The notes below the pieces were generated by a model. The model was not told the origin of the DNA, ran no database searches, and worked only from the letters and a program-made list of their open reading frames with translations. Below, one piece after another: positions 35,523-44,455 of a DNA stretch of 64,000 nt (position 1 is its first letter; the number at the start of each line of letters is the position of its first letter). This DNA is from a virus. The DNA lies in IMG/VR virus record IMGVR_UViG_3300024581_002488, positions 3,064 through 67,063 of that record; one strand, written 5' to 3'. The position numbers and the translations under genes are program-made.

Positions 35523-36761
35523 ATGAAGACTAATAAAGGCGTAACGTACAGCAAAGAACACCTGGAGGCCATTTACCCCTTTGCTGTCGGTCAACAAAAA
35601 GTCTATATTGACTATATGTTGCAGAATGATTGCTCAGCAGCGTATACCGCAAAGCAACTCGGTAAGAATTCAGCTACGGTTGCACATGCTGTACAAGCCG
35701 TAGAACGAAAAGCTGCTAAAGCTAACGTTGGACCTGACTATTTGCATCTCGCTCAAGGCGGGCCACTTGCGCCAGGTCAACAATTAGGCAAGCAGACTGT
35801 TCACGTTAAAGACGGTAAAATTGAACAGGTTTGGAACCGCTACGAGTTCGATAAAGACTTTGACAAGCTTGAGCTCCTGAAAGACGCTATCACTTCTATG
35901 TTAGCCGACTATCCTGCTGCAGCTTGCATCGACCGCGTCCGTCATAACTACTATGACGAGAATGTCATTCCATGGTATAACATCGGTGATGCCCATATTG
36001 GTATGCTAGCCCACGAAATGGAAGTAGGCGAGAACTTCGATATTAAGAAGGCGACTCGCGAATTATCCGTTGGTCTATGTAGCCTAATCCGCAATACTGA
36101 ACCCGCAGCTAAATGTGTTATTAACGACTTCGGTGATGCAACTCACTACGAGAACATGGCAGGCGTCACAGAAGCTAGTGGACACATGCTCGACTGTGAC
36201 GGTCGCTTTGTTAAGATGATTCAGGCATACGTTACGGTGATGATTGAGGCGATTGACACAGCGCTTGACGTCCACGACGAAGTTGACGTTATCATCAACC
36301 AGGGTAACCACTCTCGGACCAATGATTTGTGGATGGCTCAACTTCTACGAATGCACTACCGTGATGAACCTCGTGTTAATGTACTGGACAATACAAATGT
36401 CTTCACTTTCTACCGTATGGGCAAGACGCAAGTCTTGACACACCACTCTGACAAATGTAAGCCTGACAAACTCATCGACGTTCTAATCAATGACGGTCGT
36501 AAAGACTATGGCGAGTGTGAACACCACTATATTTGGGTTGGCCATATCCACCATCGTCACACTAGTAACGAGTTCCGCGGCATCACTATTGAGTCGTTCA
36601 ATACTCTAGCCAACAAAGATAAGTATGCCCACGATGGCGGTTGGCGCAGTCAGCAATCTATCACCCGTGTTGACCTTCACAAGGAGTACGGTGAAATCGG
36701 TCGTGCCACTCTAAACATTCGAGCGGTTCGAGCCATTATTGAATCTCAAGGAGGTCTCTGA
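35523..36761 (+). CDS. calcineurin-like metallophosphoesterase with N-terminal HTH-like region
   Basis: GDAH, GD..H, GNH, HH, GHIHH metal-binding motifs. Confidence 0.85.
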   Translation: MKTNKGVTYSKEHLEAIYPFAVGQQKVYIDYMLQNDCSAAYTAKQLGKNSATVAHAVQAVERKAAKANVGPDYLHLAQGGPLAPGQQLGKQTVHVKDGKIEQVWNRYEFDKDFDKLELLKDAITSMLADYPAAACIDRVRHNYYDENVIPWYNIGDAHIGMLAHEMEVGENFDIKKATRELSVGLCSLIRNTEPAAKCVINDFGDATHYENMAGVTEASGHMLDCDGRFVKMIQAYVTVMIEAIDTALDVHDEVDVIINQGNHSRTNDLWMAQLLRMHYRDEPRVNVLDNTNVFTFYRMGKTQVLTHHSDKCKPDKLIDVLINDGRKDYGECEHHYIWVGHIHHRHTSNEFRGITIESFNTLANKDKYAHDGGWRSQQSITRVDLHKEYGEIGRATLNIRAVRAIIESQGGL

Positions 36762-37120
36762 TGCGATGCGTAAATATTGAAAGTCCCTTCGCAGGCAACT
36801 GGGAAGAAAACCTCCGCTATTTACGGGCTTGTATGCAAGACTGCCTTTTAAGAGGCGAAGCCCCATTTGCGAGTCATGCGCTATATACTCAGGAAGGCGT
36901 ATTGAATGACGAAATCCCTGCACAACGTCGCCTAGGCATGGATGCAGGCTTTGAGATTAACTCTCGTTTGGACGCAACCGTGGTCTATACGGATTTAGGC
37001 ATTTCGAAAGGCATGGAAGAAGGTATTGAGCGAGCGTTGGATGATGGCCGACCGGTCGAATATCGAACGCTCCTCGGCTGGAATCTGGAGCTAAGCACCT
37101 GGCAATACGGCACCGATTAA
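36761..37120 (+). CDS. nucleoside deoxyribosyltransferase-like small protein
   Basis: VNIESPFAG...GEAPFASHALY...VYTDLGISKGMEEGIERA pattern. Confidence 0.65.
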   Translation: MRCVNIESPFAGNWEENLRYLRACMQDCLLRGEAPFASHALYTQEGVLNDEIPAQRRLGMDAGFEINSRLDATVVYTDLGISKGMEEGIERALDDGRPVEYRTLLGWNLELSTWQYGTD

Positions 37121-37578
37121 TGACGTCTTTTGCATATTAAATCAAGGGCATGGTTTTCGACTATCTTGCATACTCGGGCTAAAATAGCTGCTAAATCGTG
37201 CCCTTTACAAATACTTATAAGCCCTAGTTCTATATACTCAACACCTTCTCTAAGTCTAGGTCCATAGGCGCTATTGACCACGTAATATTCAGCTTTTGCT
37301 CCACTGCCTACTTGAATCAAATAGTGAGTAATACAGCCTGCTGTGCGCTTCTTGCGGTGCCATTGGATTTGCCCTTTACGGATGTGCCTCAAGGCTATGA
37401 CCCCTTTCTTAGGCATAGGAGCGCATTTAAGCTCTAGCCACACATCGATATTACCACGAGATAGGACTAAATCAGCGGTGCCATTGCCACTACTGTTTTC
37501 AATACGCTCGTGGAACCAGCTTTTAGGCTTCTGCTTCACACATTTACTGCTTAGGGTCTTTTCGGCCGTTGCGCTCAT
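37117..37578 (-). CDS. PD-(D/E)XK nuclease (VRR-NUC / Holliday-junction resolvase-like)
   Basis: RIEN..GNGTADL...WLELK...Q..W motif. Confidence 0.85.
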   Translation of the reverse strand: MSATAEKTLSSKCVKQKPKSWFHERIENSSGNGTADLVLSRGNIDVWLELKCAPMPKKGVIALRHIRKGQIQWHRKKRTAGCITHYLIQVGSGAKAEYYVVNSAYGPRLREGVEYIELGLISICKGHDLAAILARVCKIVENHALDLICKRRH

Positions 37579-37852
37579 AGACTGCCTTCCTTAGTTTATT
37601 AAATAGGTCAAGTTTAGTAGCTTGTTTAACGCACCAAGCCCTTACATTGGCATCGTACTCATCTTGCTGCCAGAACTCTGATTCTTTAGGAATTCGGCTT
37701 ATAAATGAAGCACTAACGCTATACTTAACTTGCCGATAATGCGTCTCAGGCTCAGGTATGTAGAGGTAAAGTGTACAGTTTGGAAAACGCGGGCCGTGCT
37801 CTACATAAAAGCGAAGTTTTGACAGATTAAAGCCACCATATTTCTTAGCCAT
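37544..37852 (-). CDS. hypothetical protein
   Basis: GGAGG RBS, TAATG coupling. Confidence 0.7.
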   Translation of the reverse strand: MAKKYGGFNLSKLRFYVEHGPRFPNCTLYLYIPEPETHYRQVKYSVSASFISRIPKESEFWQQDEYDANVRAWCVKQATKLDLFNKLRKAVYERNGRKDPKQ

Positions 37853-38517
37853 TAGAAACCTCCAAATTCATCAACATCAGGTATAGACTCCGCAGGCTTG
37901 CGAGCCTTCTTACGCTTATGACGCTCACTTACCATACTGGAGCAGTCAGCACTCTCAGAATTACGGCAAGAGACAGAGCGAGTCTTTTTCTTGGTCACAA
38001 GATGAGAGCAGTCAGCCTCTTCAGGGTCACGTGAACCTTCATCTCCAATGAAAGTGCTGATAGCTTCTTCAGTCGCTTTCTGGCGGTCGTGCTCTTCTTG
38101 CACGTCAGCAGTCCAGTTCATCTCTTCTTGCTTGGCTTTCCAGAACTTCGTCCATACCCATAAAGAGTCTTGACCGCTTGCATTAATAGCTCCTTTTATG
38201 AGCTTTTTAGGAATCCAAACTTTAACAGGTTTGTCGCGGTCGTCCCACTCGAATAGAACGGCTTTGTTAGTAGATTGAACCACGGTTCCATAGACCTTAG
38301 TATGGTAGTGAAAAGGGTCTCGTAAATAAGTACCCGCATAATCTGAATAGGTCGGTGCGTAATAAGGCTCATCATTGTCCATAGCTAGATTCATGTAGTA
38401 GTCAGCCATTTCACCCATATCTTCATCTCCTGATGGACCGCAAGGCCCTAGTTGCATAAAGTCGTCATCTTCCATATTAAAACGTGGACTTATAGGCCCG
38501 TCTTCACCAAGATACAT
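37852..38517 (-). CDS. hypothetical protein
   Basis: GGAG RBS; STNKAVLF...VWIPKKLI small beta-domain motif. Confidence 0.75.
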   Translation of the reverse strand: MYLGEDGPISPRFNMEDDDFMQLGPCGPSGDEDMGEMADYYMNLAMDNDEPYYAPTYSDYAGTYLRDPFHYHTKVYGTVVQSTNKAVLFEWDDRDKPVKVWIPKKLIKGAINASGQDSLWVWTKFWKAKQEEMNWTADVQEEHDRQKATEEAISTFIGDEGSRDPEEADCSHLVTKKKTRSVSCRNSESADCSSMVSERHKRKKARKPAESIPDVDEFGGF

Positions 38518-38520
38518 AGA

Positions 38521-38955
38521 CTAATCTCCGAATTCAATTGCTGCCATGTAGTTACGTGCCAGGCGTTCAACTTCCTGACATCGCTCAACGGTAAACATAC
38601 CGATGTGAGTCATAGCGGGAGTTAAACCAAGTTGTTTTGAAAGCCAAGCGTACGCCTGCGGTCGTGACATATGCCCTTCACGCCAAATACGGTCGAAGGC
38701 ACGGTGCGCTTGAGACTTAGCCCAGCGGAGCTTTTCGTCTGCTAAACGCCCCAGAGGGATAATTGTTCCTTTGTGCGTTCCAACGTACGCTCTTTCGTGC
38801 GGTCGGAAGTGAGTTCCTTCACACAAGTAGAAGTTCAAGTACGCTAGGTCTTTACGGTGAGGATAGATTTCATTGCCTTTCACCAGGCGCGCCACACTGT
38901 CACAGTAAGGACAACGTACTGGGTCAACTTGTCGCTTATTACGTCTTTTACCCAT
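38521..38955 (-). CDS. zinc-finger protein (DUF3268-like)
   Basis: CPYC...YLC...YVGTH..T..PLGRLAD..LR..K..AH..FD..W...R..AY.WL..LG....HIGMF. Confidence 0.88.
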   Translation of the reverse strand: MGKRRNKRQVDPVRCPYCDSVARLVKGNEIYPHRKDLAYLNFYLCEGTHFRPHERAYVGTHKGTIIPLGRLADEKLRWAKSQAHRAFDRIWREGHMSRPQAYAWLSKQLGLTPAMTHIGMFTVERCQEVERLARNYMAAIEFGD

Positions 38956-38958
38956 AAT

Positions 38959-39120
38959 CTACCTCCAACTTAAATACTTTTGATGAGTTCGAGCTACACG
39001 GCCATCTTCAAACATGATGGCAAACATCTTGCAATGGGTGCACCAGCCAATTAGATGCACTTCTGTAGGAGTAGCATGCTTATTAAGTATCAGCACCCAT
39101 CGCGGAGTTAAACAGTTCAT
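38959..39120 (-). CDS. 53-aa hypothetical protein
   Basis: Manual translation MNCLTPRWVL...CTHCKMF...KYLSWR; ATGA-coupled to the deaminase. Confidence 0.6.
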   Translation of the reverse strand: MNCLTPRWVLILNKHATPTEVHLIGWCTHCKMFAIMFEDGRVARTHQKYLSWR

Positions 39121-39575
39121 ATGTAGATAACCTTTACATCAGCTTCTTGTAAGTATGATAGCGCCTTTTGAAGGTCTTTAAACCTAGAACTCTGCCTATC
39201 GTGCCCTTTCGAAGGACTGTGAATGATTACCGCCGCAATGCCGTTTGGGATGATGTGGTCAATCACACATCGAACGCACGGCGAGCGAGTCACAAATAAG
39301 TAGCAACCTCGTACGTTAAACGCAGCGTTACTAAGCGCATTCGCTTCGGCATGACGCATTAACTCGTTCTTCAGCGCTTTGTCGTTGAGACGCTCTGTCG
39401 TGTCTGCAATGCCTGCTGGAAAACCGTTGAAACCTAGGGAGAATTGCCTAAACGAAGGAGGAGCCACACAGGCTCCAACTCCGACTTTAGGGTCTTTACT
39501 CCACTCCTTGGCTTCAAGCGCGAGATTCATCCCGCGTTGAAGCCATTTAGAGTCTGAGAGTTTGACCTCATTCAT
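39117..39575 (-). CDS. dcd: dCMP deaminase
   Basis: WSKDP..VGA..A...GFNGFPAG...HAEANA...PCVRC; ATGA-coupled to the TS homolog. Confidence 0.92.
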   Translation of the reverse strand: MNEVKLSDSKWLQRGMNLALEAKEWSKDPKVGVGACVAPPSFRQFSLGFNGFPAGIADTTERLNDKALKNELMRHAEANALSNAAFNVRGCYLFVTRSPCVRCVIDHIIPNGIAAVIIHSPSKGHDRQSSRFKDLQKALSYLQEADVKVIYI

Positions 39576-40582
39576 ACTGCTACCTCCGGTCGTTGAGCTA
39601 ACCCTGGCATGATACAATTACGAGCGCCTTCGCCCACCATGCCGACAAACTCATTGGAATGCCCCGTGATTTCGCTAACTGACCAGCCTGGTAATTTAGG
39701 AGCCATGGTTTGGCCTGTCGTCATTTCACTAGTAATCCATGAGCGCTTATGTTCACGGTAGTGTCGCATAGCTTCTTGAGCTAGCTCCACATGATTGTCA
39801 TACATATGCGGATTGCCTAAGAAGGTTGACATACTACCATGGTCTAAGTTGGCAAGCATGCACAACTTTTCATGTAGGACAGGGTCTGAATTCGGGCTAC
39901 TGATAAGCTCGTACGTCGCTCTTTGACGAATTTCGTGCACTAATGCATCTACTACGTAAGCAGTGCACATAATGTCGTACGGCAAGCCTACGTACAAATC
40001 TGAAGAGCGAATAAAGTAGCTACACATTAATTTGCCATTAACAATGTAGAAGCTCATTGCGAAAGGACACGGAACATTCTTTGTACCCATGTTCATAAGG
40101 CCATCGTCGCCTGGGTCCCAAGCACAAAGCACAGTGCGGCGGTTTGACGGGTCTTTCATCAGACACTGTACAAGGTCTTCAACTTGGTCACGACCGAAGT
40201 GCTTACGCCAGCGATAGCCATAAGCTGCTTTAATCGTTTTGCCATCATTTTCAGTGAAGTCTTTCCAGATGCCGCAGTATTGCTCAATGAAGGTTGAGTC
40301 TTGTTCACCGCGAAAGAACCATGCACACTCAGCGGCGGCAGTCTTCGGGTAGAAGTTGCGAAGCATTGACAAAGGCAAGTACTCCGAGAGTTTGAAACTA
40401 AAGCCAATGCCGCTCGTAAATGTATGACAGATTTGACCTGTACGCTCATTTCTAACGGCTTGAAGCTTGCTAGAATCTACATTCAGCAAGCGAACTGTTT
40501 GATTGATAACTTCAAAGTAGAGCTCATCAAAGCCTTTATTAGCTTGACAGTCTACAGTTGGCATCATTAATTGACTATTCAT
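39572..40582 (-). CDS. thymidylate-synthase-superfamily enzyme with Asp at the specificity site (possible dCMP methyl/hydroxymethyl transferase)
   Basis: AYGYRWR, DP.NRR, PCP, RSSDLYVGLPYD, HMYDNH. Confidence 0.85.
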   Translation of the reverse strand: MNSQLMMPTVDCQANKGFDELYFEVINQTVRLLNVDSSKLQAVRNERTGQICHTFTSGIGFSFKLSEYLPLSMLRNFYPKTAAAECAWFFRGEQDSTFIEQYCGIWKDFTENDGKTIKAAYGYRWRKHFGRDQVEDLVQCLMKDPSNRRTVLCAWDPGDDGLMNMGTKNVPCPFAMSFYIVNGKLMCSYFIRSSDLYVGLPYDIMCTAYVVDALVHEIRQRATYELISSPNSDPVLHEKLCMLANLDHGSMSTFLGNPHMYDNHVELAQEAMRHYREHKRSWITSEMTTGQTMAPKLPGWSVSEITGHSNEFVGMVGEGARNCIMPGLAQRPEVAV

Positions 40583-41307
40583 TATCGTGCTCCAATAGCC
40601 GGGAATGCTTCAGGGTTCATTAACCATTCAGCATAGAAGTTACTATAGTTCACCAGGTCAAGCACAGAGTCTAATATGCTCTCATTGTTGACTTCACCTT
40701 TGAACTTGTCAGGGTTGAGGTTTTTCAGACGCTCAATCTTCATGTGCAGCATTTGCAGGAAGCTTGTGTGTCCGAATGGGAAGTAGACATTCCAATGACC
40801 GTAATCATTATCTTTCTTAGCATGTAGCTTAGCCACATGAATAGCGACAGGCGACAAGCTGAACACCCAATCGTGGTTAGGCGGCTGCCAACCTTCAGGT
40901 TTGACAGCATCATTGCCACCAGATTCAGGACGTTTAGCCAACTTGCCTTTCTTCTTAGCCAGGTTAGCTTGGATAATATCTTCAAAGCAGTGACCTGCAG
41001 GGACATTCATCTCAAGCACCGCACCAAGGCCGAAAACATCCATGTCTAGGAAGGCATCGATAACTTCACCATGGTCACCACGCTGGTATGCCGCAATAGC
41101 TTCTTCAAGCTCTTCAAGGCAGGCTTTCACACGGAACATAAAACGTTCAGGTTTTAAAGGTACAACACCACTATCATCAGCTTTAAGGTCGAGTACTGCA
41201 CCATTAAAGTCAGCAGTGCGCTCATAACATTCAGTTAGTAGGCCCTGCACTCGCATAATTTCCATATAGAGTTCTGCTTCTTGCTGGGGAGTTAAAACAT
41301 TATTCAT
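40582..41307 (-). CDS. MazG/DR2231-like NTP pyrophosphohydrolase fused to a DUF1599/Nmad1-like domain
   Basis: EELEE...EVIDAFLD...QANLAK...KPEGWQPP, then KKDNDYG...K..RL...ES..D...DL.NY. Confidence 0.82.
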   Translation of the reverse strand: MNNVLTPQQEAELYMEIMRVQGLLTECYERTADFNGAVLDLKADDSGVVPLKPERFMFRVKACLEELEEAIAAYQRGDHGEVIDAFLDMDVFGLGAVLEMNVPAGHCFEDIIQANLAKKKGKLAKRPESGGNDAVKPEGWQPPNHDWVFSLSPVAIHVAKLHAKKDNDYGHWNVYFPFGHTSFLQMLHMKIERLKNLNPDKFKGEVNNESILDSVLDLVNYSNFYAEWLMNPEAFPAIGAR

Positions 41308-41386
41308 TGACTGTCTCCGTTAACGAAATAGACCTGATAATTATATCAGGTCTTTAATAGCTTTTATCAAACGATTGGCCCTGCGA

Positions 41387-41992
41387 TTAGTCAGACTTGA
41401 CTTCCAATTGCAAATCTGCTTTACGAGTGACGACCACATCATGCTTAACTTGTTCGGCAGATTTGGGTGCAACAATAGTAGTCACCCCCAAGACTACGTA
41501 CGAATTACCGTATTTAGCCGCCATGTCTTGAGCATCGCTAATAGCTTCATCTTCATCTACGTACTTCTTCAACGGTGGCTGCGTCGGACAGCTTCGGTCG
41601 TGAATATTGTAGCGAATATCGTCGTGCACACCGGCAATCATGTAGAAGTCGGTTTGGACGGCCATTTTCTGTTGTAGAGCATCAATGCGATGAGCTTCAA
41701 CCATAGTGTTGACATCACATTCCATTTCTAGTGGGAATAGGAACGCAAAGCCGCGGCGAGTTTCAGGCACTGGGTCTAGCACATCAAGTAGCTTAGGAGC
41801 CATTGCTGTCAAAGCAAAGCGCGAAGTCTTATCTTCTGGATACGGTATACCCTGAGGCGATAGTTTCCATGCTACGCGGAATGAAGAGGTGCCGACGTCT
41901 TCAATCACACCAATCGCACCATTGCGGTCGCCAGATTTACCATTGATTACAGCTTGACCTTTCTTAAGGTAGTTCTGTTTAGATTTAGGCAT
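41387..41992 (-). CDS. hypothetical protein
   Basis: GGAG RBS, 201 aa. Confidence 0.75.
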   Translation of the reverse strand: MPKSKQNYLKKGQAVINGKSGDRNGAIGVIEDVGTSSFRVAWKLSPQGIPYPEDKTSRFALTAMAPKLLDVLDPVPETRRGFAFLFPLEMECDVNTMVEAHRIDALQQKMAVQTDFYMIAGVHDDIRYNIHDRSCPTQPPLKKYVDEDEAISDAQDMAAKYGNSYVVLGVTTIVAPKSAEQVKHDVVVTRKADLQLEVKSD

Positions 41993-42003
41993 AAGTCTAT
42001 CTC

Positions 42004-42723
42004 CTAGTTTAGGATGTCAAATTCCCAAGGCTCAACACCTTCAGGAACAACAGTTTTAACGCAGTCACCCACGATGTCATAACCCCAACCTTGGTCTCGG
42101 TTTGCACATGATAAATGACTTAATACGTTTGAGCGGCTCATGTCAAATTTAGACATACACTCAACGATAGGTTGCGGAGTATCCTGTAAGAAGAACTCGC
42201 AAACCATACCGCGCTTACTTTGTTTCTTCAATGGCTTAAAACCTTCAGGATTTACTTCTTTACCAGCTGAGCGCTGCTTCTTCGGCTTTTGAATGATAAT
42301 GCCAGAAACATCTTCACCATTCGCCTCCATAGCGCCCACAGCTTCTGCCGTCATTACTTTCGGCACTTCAGCACCAAGCTCTTTCATAATGATAGAAGCT
42401 CGAAGCCAATCTTTGTTCATGCCTAGTTTAGCAAAGTGATGCCACTTCTCTAGCAAGAACTCTTTCCAGAATTCGACATCCATGTCGTAACGCTGGCACG
42501 GCTCTTGTCGGCCGTTGTTTAGCACGTTTATTTCCCCGCAGTGGTTGGCTACATCCCAGCCTTGAAAGTTGAATGGGTCGAAGACCAACGAACGCTTAGG
42601 ACCTTGGATAATAAGAGCTCGAGCATATCCGTTGCCAGCAGGCTCTTTAATATGATAGTTCTGCGGTAGAACTTTGTTTGCGTGAGCCCCAGCATAGTAG
42701 ACTCTGATTAATTCAACTTTCAT
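42004..42723 (-). CDS. putative DNA-binding protein with C-terminal winged HTH
   Basis: KRGMVCEFF...CMSKFDMSRSNVLSHL...GWGYDI; ATG 42723 downstream of a TATAAT. Confidence 0.7.
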   Translation of the reverse strand: MKVELIRVYYAGAHANKVLPQNYHIKEPAGNGYARALIIQGPKRSLVFDPFNFQGWDVANHCGEINVLNNGRQEPCQRYDMDVEFWKEFLLEKWHHFAKLGMNKDWLRASIIMKELGAEVPKVMTAEAVGAMEANGEDVSGIIIQKPKKQRSAGKEVNPEGFKPLKKQSKRGMVCEFFLQDTPQPIVECMSKFDMSRSNVLSHLSCANRDQGWGYDIVGDCVKTVVPEGVEPWEFDILN

Positions 42724-42788
42724 AGCTTGTACTCTTGTTTGTTGATTTAAGTTAATTATACTACTATTCGGTAAGAAGTAACCATACG

Positions 42789-43457
42789 TTACTTCCACCC
42801 TTTCAAGTAATTAAGTGCGCGGCCGTAAGTCTGAGGCGGAATGCTAAGCATGGTCTGAATGTCTTTAGGTTCATAGCCTTTAGAGTACATTTCCCACAAT
42901 AGGTCTAGGTCTTTCTTAGGCAGCACGTTGATTTCAACCCCCATGTCAAATATCTTCTTACGGATAACATTCCAGGTCAAGTGCGGAAGCTGGCGCAATA
43001 CTTCTTGCTTACCAAGTTCGTTGACTTGCAGCATGATAGCTTTATCTTCATCTGATAGGCGAGTCATGCCATATTGTCGCACGATGCCGTATCGATGCGC
43101 ACAGCTCTGAATAGACTGCCAGTTGCGCGTATTAAAGACTGCTAAAACTACATGCTTCGGTGCATTAGGATAGATAGCTTGTAAAACCCCAATTTCACCG
43201 GTCGTCCAACGCTCGCCATAGTTAACAGGTATAACGTCCAGGTCACGGCGAACACCGTGCTTAGTAGCCTTAACCTTGATTCCGCGCCAACTTCGGCCTG
43301 GTAATGCAAGCAGTAAGTCTTCAACAGAAGCCCGAGGATACATTCTTTCAAGGATTTCAAGCTCTTTGTCAGTCCAGTTAGGGTTTTGTCGAGGGACTTT
43401 AGCCTTGCGGGCTTCATTCACGTCCAGGAATCGTGGGGCATCTAATAAATCAAGCAT
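42789..43457 (-). CDS. Myb/SANT-like repeat HTH protein
   Basis: WTDKELEIL...LPGRSWRGIK; WTTGEIGVL...RNWQSI; third repeat plus C-terminal HTH. Confidence 0.78.
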   Translation of the reverse strand: MLDLLDAPRFLDVNEARKAKVPRQNPNWTDKELEILERMYPRASVEDLLLALPGRSWRGIKVKATKHGVRRDLDVIPVNYGERWTTGEIGVLQAIYPNAPKHVVLAVFNTRNWQSIQSCAHRYGIVRQYGMTRLSDEDKAIMLQVNELGKQEVLRQLPHLTWNVIRKKIFDMGVEINVLPKKDLDLLWEMYSKGYEPKDIQTMLSIPPQTYGRALNYLKGWK

Positions 43458-44064
43458 AGGCTTTCTCCATACCGTAACAGTTAACTTTAATCAGGCTTTC
43501 AAGGCGGTCAAGATACTTGACTCGATGGGCAGATTTGCCGATGCGTAAAACCTGAGTGCGAAGGTATTGATACTCAGTAATTCTACCTTGGTCATAGAAT
43601 TCCTCAAGCTTCATATAACAGATTCGGTGCACGTAGTTCGAAGAGAGCTCGAATTTCTCTGCAATCTCTGAACACGTCATGTCAGGGTCCATAAACAGTG
43701 CCATGATGAGGTCAATATCTTCATCAGGTAGCATGCAGTTACGTTCTGTCAACCCTAGGCGCTGAGCACGAGAATAGATGCTTACCTTAGTGCGATGAGG
43801 TAGGTGACGCTCTTGAATAGTCTCTGCGCCAATAAGCTTGAACCAGCGACGAAGGATTTGGTCCTCCTCAGGAGTATAGTCTTTGGTATACTCTTTAGTG
43901 GAGTCCTTCTTGATGTCTAGTTTATGCAGACGGGCTTTAATAGCGCCTAGGGTACGACCAGGTAGCTTATCGACCAGGAGTTTATTTGGAGTAGTGGCAC
44001 CGTGATTAAGAAGTATATTGTCTTCGAGAGCAGTCCACGCGTTCATGTTATTGGTTGCAGCCAT
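43450..44064 (-). CDS. Myb/SANT-like repeat HTH protein
   Basis: WTALEDNIL...LPGRTLGAIK; YTPEEDQIL...RTKVSIYSRA; SEIAEKFELS HTH. Confidence 0.78.
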   Translation of the reverse strand: MAATNNMNAWTALEDNILLNHGATTPNKLLVDKLPGRTLGAIKARLHKLDIKKDSTKEYTKDYTPEEDQILRRWFKLIGAETIQERHLPHRTKVSIYSRAQRLGLTERNCMLPDEDIDLIMALFMDPDMTCSEIAEKFELSSNYVHRICYMKLEEFYDQGRITEYQYLRTQVLRIGKSAHRVKYLDRLESLIKVNCYGMEKAYA

Positions 44065-44144
44065 ATTCAGGTCTCGTTGTTGTTTGAAGTTATTGTAATA
44101 ATAGACCGTATAGCTGCTGAAGTAATCAAACATTAAACCAATAA

Positions 44145-44180
44145 AAAAAGGCTCCCTTTTTCAAAGCATGGGAGCCTTTT
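44145..44180 (-). terminator. bidirectional rho-independent terminator
   Basis: AAAAGGCTCCC-loop-GGGAGCCTTTT with A/T tracts on both sides. Confidence 0.88.
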
Positions 44181-44455
44181 AATTACTTACACAATACGTA
44201 GAAACAATCATCGGTGGTTAATCGGATGGTTGTATGCTATTTACAGAGTTTGGGACTAGTATATAGCTGGTAGCCCTCTAGACTCTCGACTGGCGTAACT
44301 TCGGTCTCACGGTCGGTAAACGGTGATAGCAGTTACAATCTAGAGGGCTAGCAGCTATACACTCAGAGGAAAAATGCGGATAAAAACCCTAAGTGATAGC
44401 CGGAGAGTTAAGATTGGATGTGCGACCTACCAATCAACTAAACGTCTCTCGAACT
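44181..44455 (-). ncRNA. candidate structured RNA downstream of the holin-like gene
   Basis: 25-bp stem 44258-44282 / 44339-44363 (one mismatch, one GU on the - strand), nested GTAACT/AGTTAC, plus two further hairpins; no ORF. Confidence 0.6.

Noticed and set aside
39117-41307. YuA/M6-type 5-hmU hypermodification or 7-deazaguanine (queuosine-pathway) cluster
   Set aside because: No 5-hmU DNA kinase, aGPT-PPlase, FolE/QueD/QueC/QueE or DpdA-like genes recognised in the window, and the TS homolog has Asp rather than Asn at the specificity site.
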